Assembly (NCBI GenBank): GCA_035430165.1
Contig: DAOMGE010000009.1
Span: forward strand, 2,713 to 66,712
Source: Pseudomonadales bacterium
GTDB lineage: Bacteria; Pseudomonadota; Gammaproteobacteria; Pseudomonadales; UBA7239
Direction of reading: 5' to 3'
Length of the DNA stretch: 64,000 nt
Under the pieces are notes generated by a model. It was given only the letters and a program-made list of their open reading frames with translations, was not told the origin of the DNA and searched no databases. Below, piece after piece: positions 39,364-49,527 of this stretch; within the stretch, counting starts at the first letter, position 1; every line of letters starts with the position of its first letter. Both the position numbers and the translations under genes were made by a program.

Positions 39364-39380
39364 AATGCCTCACCTTTCGA

Positions 39381-39674
39381 TTACATACTGGCAAAGTCAA
39401 TATCATGACCTTGCTCGAGACGAATATAGGCTTTCTTCCAATCGCTACGGCTCACATCACCAAAACGATTGCGCTTTGTTTTGCCCTTCATGCGCATAAC
39501 ACGAACCCGGGCAACTTTGACACTAAAAAGCTTTTCTATGGCACGCTTGATTTCAAGCTTGCTGGCATCAAGAGCCACCTTGAAAACCACCTGATTGCCG
39601 CTCTCAGCAACCAGAGTCGACTTCTCCGAGATCTGCGGACCAACCAGCACCTTATAAATGCGCTCTTGATTCAT
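39381..39674 (-). CDS. rplW: 50S ribosomal protein L23
   Basis: PQISEKS...[12 protein letters not shown]...WKKAYI. Confidence 0.99.
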   Translation of the reverse strand: MNQERIYKVLVGPQISEKSTLVAESGNQVVFKVALDASKLEIKRAIEKLFSVKVARVRVMRMKGKTKRNRFGDVSRSDWKKAYIRLEQGHDIDFASM

Positions 39675-40288
39675 GCGAGCACCTCATCAAATTTTTTCAT
39701 AGCAGGAACTGTAATCAACACCTTTTCAAAGCGCACCAGACTGACAGGATCAGCCCCATTGACATCACGAACATCAACATGCGGCAAATTTCTTGCTGAC
39801 AAGTAAAGGTTCTCACTGATCTCATGGGAAACAATCAGCACGCTATCGAGATTCAGCGCGTTCAGCTTTTGCTGTAGTAATTTTGTCTTTGGCTTATCAA
39901 GATCAATACTTTCAACGACAACCAATCTGTCCTGACGAGCCAGCTCAGACAAGATGCTCTGCAGTGCTGCACGATACATCTTCTTGTTCAGCTTCTGGCT
40001 ATGATCCTGCGGGCGAGCGGCAAATGTCACTCCACCTGTACGCCAGATAGGACTGCGCGTACTACCGGCACGTGCACGACCAGAACCTTTTTGTTTCCAC
40101 GGCTTACGACCGCCGCCACGCACTTCCGAACGATTTTTCTGCGCACGAGAGCCTTGGCGCCCACCGGACAAATAAGCAGTAACAGCCTGATGCACCAGAT
40201 CTTCATTAAAAGCACGCCCAAATATCGCATCCGATACCTGAACCTTGCCAGCGCTACCACCTTCGAGTGTTGCTATATTTAATTCCAC
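39671..40288 (-). CDS. rplD: 50S ribosomal protein L4
   Basis: [27 protein letters not shown] start at 40288 behind GAGAGG. Confidence 0.99.
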   Translation of the reverse strand: MELNIATLEGGSAGKVQVSDAIFGRAFNEDLVHQAVTAYLSGGRQGSRAQKNRSEVRGGGRKPWKQKGSGRARAGSTRSPIWRTGGVTFAARPQDHSQKLNKKMYRAALQSILSELARQDRLVVVESIDLDKPKTKLLQQKLNALNLDSVLIVSHEISENLYLSARNLPHVDVRDVNGADPVSLVRFEKVLITVPAMKKFDEVLA

Positions 40289-40302
40289 AACCCGCACCTC
40301 TC

Positions 40303-40938
40303 TTAGGAAGCTTTAACAGCTGGGCGAACAATAACGTCACCACCCGGAGCACCAGGAACAGCACCACGAATCAATAACAAGTTACGCTCGGCATCAACAC
40401 GCACCACCTGCAAATTCTGCACAGTGACTTGCTCGTCACCCATGTGGCCAGCCATTTTCTTACCCTTGAATACACGACCCGGAGACTGATTCTGACCGAT
40501 AGAGCCCGGAGCACGGTGTGAAAGAGAATTACCGTGTGTCGCATCCTGCATGCTGAAATTCCAGCGCTTGATTACACCCTGAAAGCCTTTGCCTCGTGAG
40601 CGGCCAGTCACATCCACCATCTGACCATCCGCAAATGATGCAACCGTCAACTCGGAGCCAACTGCCGGCACATCAGACCCATCAACAGCCAATTCCCACA
40701 GGCTGCGACCAGCACCAACATTTGCCTTTGCAAAGTGTCCCGCAGCCGCCTTATTGACACGGGAAGGACGACGAGTCCCAACTGCCACCTGCACGGCAGC
40801 ATACCCATCAGTTTCTATCGATTTGATTTGAGTGACACGGTTAGGCTCCACCTCGACAACAGTAACCGGAATGGAAACCCCATCTTCAGTAAAAACACGT
40901 GTCATGCCGCATTTGCGGCCGACTATACCTTTAACCAT
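40303..40938 (-). CDS. rplC: 50S ribosomal protein L3
   Basis: [10 protein letters not shown]...[16 protein letters not shown]. Confidence 0.99.
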   Translation of the reverse strand: MVKGIVGRKCGMTRVFTEDGVSIPVTVVEVEPNRVTQIKSIETDGYAAVQVAVGTRRPSRVNKAAAGHFAKANVGAGRSLWELAVDGSDVPAVGSELTVASFADGQMVDVTGRSRGKGFQGVIKRWNFSMQDATHGNSLSHRAPGSIGQNQSPGRVFKGKKMAGHMGDEQVTVQNLQVVRVDAERNLLLIRGAVPGAPGGDVIVRPAVKAS

Positions 40939-40950
40939 TTTCTACCTCTC

Positions 40951-41002
40951 GTGTACGGGGCTGTTTACCCGCTATGGCCGCCCACTCTTGCAGGCGTTAC
41001 AC
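40951..41002 (-). ncRNA. Candidate cis-regulatory ribosomal-protein leader RNA upstream of rplC (23S rRNA H18-H20 mimic)
   Basis: Minus strand GTGTA-ACGCC-TGCAAGAGT-GGGCG-GCCATAGC-GGG-TAAACAG-CCC-CGTACAC forms a three-way junction that abuts the rplC SD (GAGAGG). Confidence 0.7.
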
Positions 41003-41094
41003 CAGGGAACACGCAATGCGTGCTTGTTATATGCGGCCTTTCGACCCCTGTAACACCGCCAGACCCTATACAGACTCGACGGTTTGCGGCGCGC

Positions 41095-41427
<333 letters not shown>

Positions 41428-41497
41428 TCAAATACTTAATGCCATCATTCACTCGCTGCTCTTCGTGTATTTCAGGAGCGGGCAAAAAGGAGGCGCA

Positions 41498-41526
41498 ATT
41501 CTAATTACGAAGGCATGACCTGTCAA
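41498..41526 (-). promoter_or_regulatory. sigma70 promoter of the S10 operon
   Basis: Minus strand TTGACA-17 bp-TAGAAT followed by GC-rich TGCGCC discriminator. Confidence 0.85.
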
Positions 41527-41588
41527 CACCGATAAGAAGATTTTTATTGGGGCAGGCAAAGTCCAGCTCTCGCAATCACCGCGATAAC

Positions 41589-42437
41589 TTAACCGAGCAG
41601 CTTCCTTTCTCCGGCCTGCAAGGTCTGCAAGATCAATGTGTTGATCGTCATTGGTCCGACACCACCCGGCACTGGCGTCCACGCACTCGCACGACAGGCC
41701 ACCGAAGCCATCTCGATATCCCCGACGCCACCGGCGTGGTATCCCGCATCAACAACCACGGCCCCGTCCCTGATCCACGAGCCAGGAATAAACTCCGGCC
41801 GACCAACCGCACCCACAACAATATCTGCCTGCTCCACAAGCGCACACAGGTTTTTGGTCTGTGAGTGGCAAATCGTCACGGTGCAGTTTGCATTTAGAAG
41901 CATAGCTGCCATAGGCTTCCCGAGGATTGGGCTGCGACCCAACACCACAGCGTGCCTACCCGCCAAGGGGATCTCATACGCTTCGAGTAGCCGCATAATT
42001 CCGGCGGGCGTGGCAGACCCATACGCCGACTCACCCATGGCCATGCGCCCGAAACCCAGACAGGTCACACCATCCACATCCTTCTCAAGCGCTATGGCAT
42101 CAAAACAGGCTCGCTCATCGATTTGTTGAGGTACAGGGTGCTGCAACAGTATTCCGTGTACATTGGGATTCTGGTTGAGTGCGTGGATCTGCGCCAGCAA
42201 CTGCGCGGTCGTTGTGGATTGCGGCATTTCAATCGCCATAGAATCCATACCTACTCGCTGGCAGGCATTTCCTTTCATGCGGACGTACGTAGCTGATGAG
42301 GGATCATCCCCAACAAGGATAGTGGCAAGAATAGGCGTAGCGCCGCCCGAACAGGCTTTCAGTTTTTCCACTCGCGCCCGGATAGCTGATTCGGTTTCTT
42401 CGGCAATTTTTTTTCCGTCAAGGACTACAGCAGCCAT
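41589..42437 (-). CDS. folD: Bifunctional methylenetetrahydrofolate dehydrogenase/cyclohydrolase
   Basis: [44 protein letters not shown]. Confidence 0.97.
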   Translation of the reverse strand: MAAVVLDGKKIAEETESAIRARVEKLKACSGGATPILATILVGDDPSSATYVRMKGNACQRVGMDSMAIEMPQSTTTAQLLAQIHALNQNPNVHGILLQHPVPQQIDERACFDAIALEKDVDGVTCLGFGRMAMGESAYGSATPAGIMRLLEAYEIPLAGRHAVVLGRSPILGKPMAAMLLNANCTVTICHSQTKNLCALVEQADIVVGAVGRPEFIPGSWIRDGAVVVDAGYHAGGVGDIEMASVACRASAWTPVPGGVGPMTINTLILQTLQAGERKLLG

Positions 42438-42578
42438 TTGCACTCTCTTTCACTATCCGCATGGAAAATACAGGCACTTATTGTGCCCGATTTGCTGCGC
42501 ATTCCATAGCTTCTCGTTTACCCCGATGGCACCACCCGCTACAATAGCCGCCCTTGCAACCACCCCTCCGTGATTCAC

Positions 42579-43370
42579 ATGCAGCCGATGCTGAACATTG
42601 CCTTACGCGCTGCGCGTCAGGCCGGCGAACATATCGTACGCGCCTCTGATCGCCTCGACACCGTTGTTGTTACTGAAAAAGGCACAAACGACTACGTTAC
42701 CGAAATTGACAAGGCCGCCGAAGACATCATTATCAGCCTGCTGAAAAAGACTTATCCTGACCACGGATTTCTGGCCGAAGAGAGCGGCGCCTACAACAGC
42801 GGCAGTGATTATTGCTGGATCATCGACCCCCTCGATGGCACCACCAATTTTGTACGCGGCATCCCCCATTATGCGGTATCCATTGCTTGCCAGTACCAGG
42901 GCCGACTGGAGCATGCTGTCATTTACAATCCAGTCACTCGTGAGGAATTTACCGCCAGCCGCGGACGTGGAGCACAATTGAACGGCAGGCGCATACGTGT
43001 TTCCGGTCGCACCCAACTTGACGGCGCCTTGCTTGGCACAGGGATACCTTTCCGTCGCCACCAGAGTGAAAAACTGCCTGGCTATCTTGATGCTCTGGGA
43101 GAACTCGCCAAACAGACGGCCGGCATTCGGCGCGCCGGTTCAGCAGCACTCGATCTGGCGTATGTCGCTGCCGGTCGTTTCGATGCCTTCTGGGAAATGG
43201 GTCTACAGCCATGGGACATGGCTGCGGGCATATTATTAATCCAGGAAGCAGGCGGACTGATCAGCGACTTTGCTGGCGGCAACCAGTTCCTTGAGAGCGG
43301 TAACATTGTTTGCGGCAATCCCAAATGCTTCAAGCATGTACTGAAGGTGGTCAACAGTCATCTGGTCTGA
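42579..43370 (+). CDS. suhB: Inositol monophosphatase family protein SuhB
   Basis: MQPMLNIALRAAR, WIIDPLDGTTNF, RRAGSAALDL, PWDMAAG. Confidence 0.96.
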   Translation: MQPMLNIALRAARQAGEHIVRASDRLDTVVVTEKGTNDYVTEIDKAAEDIIISLLKKTYPDHGFLAEESGAYNSGSDYCWIIDPLDGTTNFVRGIPHYAVSIACQYQGRLEHAVIYNPVTREEFTASRGRGAQLNGRRIRVSGRTQLDGALLGTGIPFRRHQSEKLPGYLDALGELAKQTAGIRRAGSAALDLAYVAAGRFDAFWEMGLQPWDMAAGILLIQEAGGLISDFAGGNQFLESGNIVCGNPKCFKHVLKVVNSHLV

Positions 43371-43630
43371 CCAAAACGGACAGCCTGACCTTCGCACAAT
43401 GCAGCCAGCTGCTTCTCTGCTTCTTCCAGTCGACTCCTTGTCTTTGACAGCACATTACACTGGGCATCAAATTCACTGCGACTGACCAGATCCAGTCGCG
43501 CCAGCGCCGATTGCAGTAAAGCATGCAGGATTTTTTCCAACTCCTCACCCGGCAGAGACTGGGATCCCAACTGCTCTTGCAATTGCGCGGAGAGCTTCGC
43601 CAGAAGATCCCCCGGTATTTTGATAGCCAT
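43358..43630 (-). CDS. ubiK: Ubiquinone biosynthesis accessory factor UbiK (YqiC/BMFP)
   Basis: LQSALARLDLVSRSEFDAQ..VL.KTR.RLE motif; divergent from the glnK-amtB region as is usual. Confidence 0.88.
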   Translation of the reverse strand: MAIKIPGDLLAKLSAQLQEQLGSQSLPGEELEKILHALLQSALARLDLVSRSEFDAQCNVLSKTRSRLEEAEKQLAALCEGQAVRFGQTR

Positions 43631-43722
43631 AAACAACCCCTTATACAAGCGACCCCACTATAACCAGCCAGGCCGATTCTGCAAATCGAGCAACACCGGA
43701 TACGCACCACCCTGATATCCAT

Positions 43723-43739
43723 CGCGCCACTTTGGTGCA
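43723..43739. promoter_or_regulatory. Candidate NtrC site upstream of the porin gene
   Basis: CGCGCCA-CTT-TGGTGCA vs TGCACCA-N3-TGGTGCA, about 110 bp upstream of a sigma54-like promoter. Confidence 0.6.
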
Positions 43740-43846
43740 CTGTAATGCAGATATCCGTCAAAACAGCAATCCTTAAAATCACATTTTTTTCATATTTCCG
43801 TCACAAATCCTTGCTATGCAGCTGTAAATCTTGGCACAATTCGCTC

Positions 43847-43862
43847 TGGCACGTACTTTGTA
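43847..43862 (+). promoter_or_regulatory. Candidate sigma54 promoter of the porin gene
   Basis: TGGCACGTACTTTGTA (-24 matches consensus; -12 is TTGT rather than TTGC). Confidence 0.55.
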
Positions 43863-43932
43863 TGGGGAGTGCCGTGGTCGCGCTCCTATCTATGCGGCTT
43901 TTTATTTTTTATCACCCTCGAGGAGTGAACAC

Positions 43933-44673
43933 ATGAAAACATTGGCAAAAGCAGTAGCGATCAGCTCACTGGTACTGGCTGGCTCGCAAGTTATGGCAGA
44001 AGACGTTGGCCAGGGCTTTGATGTAAGCGCAAACGTTGGCGTAGTTTCTGATTACGTTTTCCGTGGTCTTTCACAAAGCAACGGCAACACTGCCATTCAG
44101 GGCGGTATTGATGTCAAGCATGCTTCAGGTGTCTACGCGGGTACCTGGCTGTCCAGCCTCAGCGGTAACAGCAGTGCAGCTGTTGGTAATGCCGAGCAGG
44201 ATCTGTATGTTGGTTATGGCTACAAGCTGAACGATGACGTGTCATTTGACCTGCGCGTGACTCAGTTTGATTACATCAATGCCAGCACCGCTAACTACTA
44301 TGAAACCCATGCTAGCGCGACTTTCTACAACATCACTCTTGGCACTGATTACAGCAACAACATTCAGGGTACTGGCGACAATTCAGCCAAAGTTACGGAC
44401 AACAATGCCATCCACTACTATGGCAGCTACACCTATACTTTCCCGATGGAAATTGTCGGCACCGCAACTATCGGTCATGTTGACCTGCATGACAAAAATA
44501 TTTTGTTGACTGCTGAAGATTCATACAATTACTGGAATCTTGGCGTGAGCAAGAAACTGGTTGGCATTAACTGGGGTGTGAGCTACAACAACAACAATAT
44601 CAGCATCAAAGAGTGTGGCGGATCAAACATGTGTGACAGCACATGGGTGTTCTCTGCCAACAAATCCCTGTAA
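43933..44673 (+). CDS. TorF/Gcw_chp (TIGR02001) family putative outer-membrane porin
   Basis: Signal peptide, SANVGVVSDYVFRGLSQ...AIQGGID...GVYAGTW.S, EQDLYVGY; position upstream of glnK-amtB. Confidence 0.88.
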   Translation: MKTLAKAVAISSLVLAGSQVMAEDVGQGFDVSANVGVVSDYVFRGLSQSNGNTAIQGGIDVKHASGVYAGTWLSSLSGNSSAAVGNAEQDLYVGYGYKLNDDVSFDLRVTQFDYINASTANYYETHASATFYNITLGTDYSNNIQGTGDNSAKVTDNNAIHYYGSYTYTFPMEIVGTATIGHVDLHDKNILLTAEDSYNYWNLGVSKKLVGINWGVSYNNNNISIKECGGSNMCDSTWVFSANKSL

Positions 44674-44689
44674 GTTTTTCACCTTGCAG

Positions 44690-44720
44690 AAAACGGCTCC
44701 TTCGGGAGCCGTTTTTGTTT
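44690..44720 (+). terminator. Intrinsic terminator after the porin gene
   Basis: AAAACGGCTCC-TTCG-GGAGCCGTTTTTGTTT. Confidence 0.9.
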
Positions 44721-44762
44721 CCGCACCACTCACGCACCGCAATTGCCCACACTCCGCAATAT

Positions 44763-44779
44763 TGCACCGCAATGGTGCC
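44763..44779. promoter_or_regulatory. Candidate NtrC site upstream of glnK
   Basis: TGCACCG-CAA-TGGTGCC, with further GCACC half-sites just upstream. Confidence 0.7.
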
Positions 44780-44853
44780 AACAGTCTCACCAGCCCGTAT
44801 CTCGCAACCAAAACAATAATTCAACTAGCTGAATAAAAAGGACTTTTACAATC

Positions 44854-44869
44854 TGGCACAAAATCCGCT
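44854..44869 (+). promoter_or_regulatory. sigma54 promoter of glnK-amtB
   Basis: TGGCACAAAATCCGCT with exact GG-N10-GC spacing. Confidence 0.75.
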
Positions 44870-44903
44870 TTAAAACTCCCATCCAGGATGGCGCAGGTGC
44901 TGA

Positions 44904-45299
<396 letters not shown>

Positions 45300-45335
45300 T
45301 CACTGACCACAACGATCGAAACCCCGGAGGTTACC

Positions 45336-46775
45336 GTGAAAAAACTCTTATTGATCCTGAGTATGTGCAGTGTGCTGTTTGCGCTGCCAGGGTGGTCTGA
45401 TGAGGCCGCCAGTACCGCTACTGATGTCGCTGCAGCCGTGACCGCTGCTGTCACGCCTGCCCCAACGGCCAACAAAGGGGATGACGCATTCCTGATGATG
45501 TCATCTGCGTTCGTTATCCTGATGTCCGTACCTGGACTTGCCTTGTTTTACGGCGGTCTGGTACGCAAGAAAAACATGCTGTCAGTACTGATGCAGGTGT
45601 TCACTATCTTTTCGATGATCACTGTGTTGTGGGTGGTGTATGGCTATTCAGTGGCCTTTACCGAAGGCACGCCCTTCTTTGGTTCTCTCTCCAAGGTCAT
45701 GTTGCACGGTGTGACACCGGATTCGATGGCAGCTACCTGGAACAAGGCCACATTTATCCATGAATTTATCTACGTAGCCTTCCAGGGCGCATTCGCTGCC
45801 ATTACCTGCGGCTTGATCATCGGCTCCTTTGCCGAACGCGTGAAGTTTTCTGCGGCACTGTTGTTTACCGTTCTGTGGTTTACCTTTGCCTATCTGCCGG
45901 TCTGCCACATCGTCTGGTACTGGGATGGCCCGAACAGCATCGTCGATGCTGATACGCTTGCCATCGCCACTGCCAAAGCCGGCTACATGTTCCAGAAAGG
46001 TGCTCTCGATTTTGCTGGCGGCACGGTAGTACACATCAATGCTGCTGTAGCTGGCCTGATTGGCGCTTACTTTGTGGGCAAACGTCGTGGCTACGGCAAA
46101 GAAGCCATGTACCCCCACAGCCTGACCATGACCATGATCGGTGCCTCGCTGCTGTGGTTCGGCTGGTTTGGCTTCAACGCCGGCTCTGCGCTGGAAGCGA
46201 ATGGCACTGCAGGCCTCGCGTTCATCAATACCTGGTTAGCAACAGCGGCGGCTGCCATGTCATGGCTGCTGGCTGAGTGGATCCTGAAAAAACACCCGTC
46301 ACTGCTGGGCGCTGCTTCTGGTGCAGTCGCTGGTCTGGTTGCCATCACCCCTGCTTGCGGCTTCGTCGGCGTGGGTGGTGCACTGGTCATCGGCTTGCTG
46401 GCTGGCGTGATCTGTCTCTGGGGCGTTACCGGACTCAAAAGCTTGCTCGGCGCTGACGATGCACTTGATGTCTTCGGTGTCCACGGCGTGGGCGGTATCC
46501 TCGGGGCATTGTTGACCGGTGTTTTCGCAGCTCCTTCGCTGGGCGGCACAGGCATCTGGGACTATGTGGCGAATGCGGCCAGCCCTGACTACTCCATCAG
46601 CGGACAAGTCCTGATTCAGGCTGAAGGTATCCTGACTACCATCCTGGTATCCGGTGTTGTCTCTGTCATCGCTTACAAACTGGTGGATTTGCTGGTAGGT
46701 CTGCGCGTAGACGAGGAACAGGAAGTGATGGGCCTCGACGTCAGCTCACATGGCGAGCGCGCCTACAACGACTGA
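45336..46775 (+). CDS. amtB: Ammonium transporter
   Basis: PGLALFYGGLVR, DFAGGTVVH, WFGWFGFNAGS, DVFGVHG (twin His present). Confidence 0.98.
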   Translation: MKKLLLILSMCSVLFALPGWSDEAASTATDVAAAVTAAVTPAPTANKGDDAFLMMSSAFVILMSVPGLALFYGGLVRKKNMLSVLMQVFTIFSMITVLWVVYGYSVAFTEGTPFFGSLSKVMLHGVTPDSMAATWNKATFIHEFIYVAFQGAFAAITCGLIIGSFAERVKFSAALLFTVLWFTFAYLPVCHIVWYWDGPNSIVDADTLAIATAKAGYMFQKGALDFAGGTVVHINAAVAGLIGAYFVGKRRGYGKEAMYPHSLTMTMIGASLLWFGWFGFNAGSALEANGTAGLAFINTWLATAAAAMSWLLAEWILKKHPSLLGAASGAVAGLVAITPACGFVGVGGALVIGLLAGVICLWGVTGLKSLLGADDALDVFGVHGVGGILGALLTGVFAAPSLGGTGIWDYVANAASPDYSISGQVLIQAEGILTTILVSGVVSVIAYKLVDLLVGLRVDEEQEVMGLDVSSHGERAYND

Positions 46776-46825
46776 TCCCTTCTCTCTCCACACCGGGGCT
46801 GACGCCCCGGCTTTTACTACCTTTC

Positions 46826-46854
46826 GGGCGCCCTTCAACAGGCGCCCTTTTTTT
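46826..46854 (+). terminator. Intrinsic terminator after amtB
   Basis: GGGCGCC-N8-GGCGCCC-TTTTTTT; a second hairpin CCGGGGC-TGAC-GCCCCGG lies just upstream. Confidence 0.8.
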
Positions 46855-46868
46855 CGCTTACTGTTTTC

Positions 46869-47546
46869 CTATTTGCCACCACCCATCTGTGCATAGAGTG
46901 CGGGGTCTATCTTCAGGAAGATCGCTTCGCCTTCTGCATAAAGCACGCCGTCGCTGTCTTTCAGCGTGCAGTGCATGAACACCTTGCGACGCTCTTCACC
47001 GGTCAGGCGCACCTGGTAGGTCAGTTCACGATTGAGCGGTACCGGCATGCGGTAAATGGTTTTCAGCGTGCCCGTCATGGCCGGCACATCAAGGCCACTG
47101 TGCGAAACGCCGATGCCAAAGGCTTCGTCCATGTAGGCAGCGATATAGCCACCGTGTACCAATCCTGGCGGCCCCTCAAACGCGGGGCCAAAGGTCACCA
47201 CCGCATCCAGATATCCTTCGCCCTGGAAATATTTTGCCGGTGCTGCCAATGCGTTGCAGTTGCCGCTTATAGGCCGGTAGGACAGCGAGTTTTCTGCACC
47301 GTAGTCATACCCGGTACCCGCTTCACTTTCCCCTTCATCCACCTGGCCAAACGGCCGGGTGCGATCCGGCGCATGCACTTTTTCCATATCATCGGCCAGC
47401 ATTTCCAGCGTGGATGCCAGCCTTGTCACCTCATGCGCGGGCAATTGCTTGCCGACCAGTGTGTGGTTAAGGCGGCGCAATGCGTTCGCAACGCGATCAG
47501 AATCGCCATCAATCATGGCGTTGATAGGCAGGGCGTGTTCAGTCAT
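46869..47546 (-). CDS. PaaI/hotdog-fold thioesterase
   Basis: FEGPPGLVHGGYIAAYMDEAFG, TGTLKTIYRMPVPL. Confidence 0.88.
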   Translation of the reverse strand: MTEHALPINAMIDGDSDRVANALRRLNHTLVGKQLPAHEVTRLASTLEMLADDMEKVHAPDRTRPFGQVDEGESEAGTGYDYGAENSLSYRPISGNCNALAAPAKYFQGEGYLDAVVTFGPAFEGPPGLVHGGYIAAYMDEAFGIGVSHSGLDVPAMTGTLKTIYRMPVPLNRELTYQVRLTGEERRKVFMHCTLKDSDGVLYAEGEAIFLKIDPALYAQMGGGK

Positions 47547-47706
47547 GGCATGGACTCCGGATCAGGATGGCAAATTATATGACGGGACCGGCACCAGATA
47601 GTCAATATTTACTGACTACTTTTGCGGCAGGATAGCCCGGTGCGGCCGCCCTGCCGTCGATGCTATGCTGGACGGCGAAGTAATCGACTGGATCAAGGAG
47701 CAACCG

Positions 47707-49488
47707 ATGTCTGTCTTTCATCCACCCGTGCGCGATATCCGCTTTGTCCGCAACGAATTATTCGATTTCCCCGCGCTATACCAGACCATGCCGGATTGCA
47801 GCGACGCCACGCAAGACACACTGGACGCCATACTTGATGAACTCGCACGCTTCTGCGCAGAAGAACTGGTGCCGTTGTACCGTGTCGGCGACACCGAAGG
47901 CTGCACCTGGTCAGCCGATGGCGTAAAAACGCCCACTGGCTTTAAAGAAGCCTACGCAAAATTTGTCGAGGGCGGCTGGCCATCCCTGTCAGCACCACTC
48001 GCTGTCGGCGGCCAGGGCTTGCCTGAATCCATGGGCATCCTGATGAATGAATTGCTCGGTCAGGCCAACTGGGCCTGGGCGATGTACCCCGGCCTTTCCC
48101 ACGGTGCCAAACACACGCTGCAGGCACACGGCACCGCCGAGCAGCAACGCATCTATCTCAGCAAACTCGTGTCGGGCCACTGGAGCGGCACCATGTGCCT
48201 GACCGAACCACACTGCGGTTCGGATCTGGGGCTGCTGAAAACACGTGCAGAAATGCAATCCGATGGCACATATAAAATCACCGGCACCAAGATTTTTATT
48301 TCTGCAGGCGAGCACGATATGAGTGAAAACATCGTGCATATCGTGCTGGCACGTTTGCCGGATGCTCCTGCCGGTACCAAAGGCATTTCACTTTTCATCG
48401 TGCCGAAATTCTTGCCGGATGCCAACGACGAAAAAGGCGAGCGCAATCTGGTCACCTGTGGATCGCTGGAACACAAGATGGGTATCCACGGCAATGCTAC
48501 CTGCGTCATGAATTTTGATGGCGCAACCGGATTTCTCATCGGCGAGCCCAATCGCGGACTGAATTGCATGTTCACTTTCATGAATGCAGCGCGCATCGGC
48601 ACCGCCATCCAGGGCATCGCCCATGCAGAGCGCGGCTTCCAGGGTGCGCTCGCTTACGCAAAAGAGCGTTTGCAGATGCGCTCGTTATCCGGCCCGAAAA
48701 ATCCGCAAGGTGTTGCCGATCCGATTATTGTGCATCCGGATGTGCGTCGCTTGTTGCTGACAGCAAAAGCCTTTGCCGAAGGCGGACGTATGCTGGTGCA
48801 CTATCTCGCACGCGAACTGGATCTGGTGCAACACGGCACTGATAAAGCGGCGCGTGATCTCGCGGAAAACCGGTTGGCATTGTTAACACCGATCGCCAAG
48901 GCGTTTATCACTGAAACCGGATTTGAAGCAGCCAATTGCGGCATGCAGGTTTTCGGCGGTCACGGCTATATTGCCGAATGGGGCATGGAACAGAATGTCC
49001 GGGATTCACGCATCTCGATGCTGTATGAAGGCACCACCGGCATCCAGTCACTGGACCTGATTGCACGCAAGGTGTTACAAAACGGCGGCATCAACCTGAA
49101 TATTTTTCTCGACGAAATCGACAGCTTCTGCGCAGAAAATCCTGCACACAATGAATTCACAGGACCGCTATCGGAACTCAGCAAGGAATGGCGCACCCTG
49201 ACCACAGAACTCACCAGTCTCGCGATGCAGAATATGGACGAAGTCGGTGCGGCGGCGGTCGATTACCTGATGTACGCCGGTTACATCACGCAAGCCTGGC
49301 TGTGGGCACGCGCCGCCATTCTTGCATCAGGCAAGGGCGATGCCGACGGCGGTTTCTACCAGGCAAAACTTCACACCGCGCGCTTTTATTTTCATCGCCT
49401 GCTGCCGCGCACTCGCGCACATCTCGGCAGCTTGCGGGCAGGAAGCTACAGTTTGATGGCGATGCCTGAATCACAGTTTTTCTTTTGA
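47707..49488 (+). CDS. Acyl-CoA dehydrogenase (~600-aa FadE5/DmdC-like family), paralog 1
   Basis: TMCLTEPHCGSDL, GTKIFISAGEHD, EHKMGIHG, FGGHGYI.EWGMEQ, YEGTTGIQ. Confidence 0.95.
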   Translation: MSVFHPPVRDIRFVRNELFDFPALYQTMPDCSDATQDTLDAILDELARFCAEELVPLYRVGDTEGCTWSADGVKTPTGFKEAYAKFVEGGWPSLSAPLAVGGQGLPESMGILMNELLGQANWAWAMYPGLSHGAKHTLQAHGTAEQQRIYLSKLVSGHWSGTMCLTEPHCGSDLGLLKTRAEMQSDGTYKITGTKIFISAGEHDMSENIVHIVLARLPDAPAGTKGISLFIVPKFLPDANDEKGERNLVTCGSLEHKMGIHGNATCVMNFDGATGFLIGEPNRGLNCMFTFMNAARIGTAIQGIAHAERGFQGALAYAKERLQMRSLSGPKNPQGVADPIIVHPDVRRLLLTAKAFAEGGRMLVHYLARELDLVQHGTDKAARDLAENRLALLTPIAKAFITETGFEAANCGMQVFGGHGYIAEWGMEQNVRDSRISMLYEGTTGIQSLDLIARKVLQNGGINLNIFLDEIDSFCAENPAHNEFTGPLSELSKEWRTLTTELTSLAMQNMDEVGAAAVDYLMYAGYITQAWLWARAAILASGKGDADGGFYQAKLHTARFYFHRLLPRTRAHLGSLRAGSYSLMAMPESQFFF

Positions 49489-49527
49489 TTTTTTTATTTC
49501 AGAAATGGACACACCAAGGATTGCCCC

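Noticed and set aside
42540..42578. boxA element upstream of suhB (GCCCTTGCAACC)
   Set aside because: Too divergent from GYTCTTTAACA to call without an alignment.
43832..43845. TGGCACAATTCGCT as a sigma54 promoter
   Set aside because: GG-to-GC spacing is 8 rather than 10; the neighbouring site at 43847 fits better.
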